This document shows, piece by piece, positions 63,827 through 64,000 of a DNA stretch of 64,000 nt (position 1 is its first letter; each line of letters opens with the position of its first letter). The position numbers were made by a program, and so were the translations under genes. Location: assembly GCA_963575745.1 (NCBI GenBank), contig CAUYUJ010000034.1:1-64000 (forward strand), in the 5' to 3' direction. The DNA comes from Prorocentrum cordatum. Taxonomy: Eukaryota. Under the pieces are notes generated by a model, which was not told the DNA's origin, ran no database searches, and was given only the letters and a program-made list of their open reading frames with translations.

Positions 63827-64000
63827 CTTTCTCTTAAGATCACACTGCCAACAACTGGAAGTAGAATACCGATAAGCTCGACAAGTAGGGCACCTACTAG
63901 CCTCCAGATCACGATAGTGTTCGTCCTCGAGTTCTTCAAGAAACTTATCCCAACCCCGTAAAGGTGAATGTCGGTACGTGATGAGATCTGCTGCAACAAA

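Larger units (their letters stand above)
58213..64000 (-). mobile_element. Apparently intact non-LTR retrotransposon; 5' end lies outside the window
   Basis: Two uninterrupted ORFs, a structured 3' UTR and the tail GCAGACCGCA abutting a half hairpin motif (58182-58212). Confidence 0.95.

Noticed and set aside
63475..63999. 174-aa minus-strand ORF and the antisense ORFs over the LINEs
   Set aside because: Alternative-frame overlaps of ORF1 and ORF2 with no recognisable motifs.

Overview
Eukaryotic, repeat-dense DNA, most consistent with a dinoflagellate. That is an inference from spliced-leader-like relics, degenerate PPR repeats and the retroelement types. The left half holds microsatellites, a decayed CRE-type LINE (2.9-5.9 kb), one intact intronless gene (Methyltransf_16-type methyltransferase fused to a GT25 glycosyltransferase, with a candidate relic spliced leader) and a decayed Ty1/copia element with a C5-methyltransferase-like insert (22.6-29.7 kb). 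The right half (29.8-58.2 kb) is a nest of short non-autonomous Helitron2/Helentron-like elements in three families, with asymmetric terminal inverted repeats, terminal hairpins and no TSD. The main observation is that four retroelements (32.2, 39.9, 53.6 and 58.2 kb) sit at the same position, within 1-2 nt and in the same orientation, in the 3' terminal hairpin of one of these families. Three are related APE-RT LINEs with a circularly permuted RNase H. The two that still cover the relevant regions also share a WADN catalytic motif and an in-frame ORF1-UGA-CGR-ORF2 junction. The fourth is an RT-less passenger with a 10-bp TSD and a LINE-like 3' end. All calls come from reading the sequence by eye; no searches were run.
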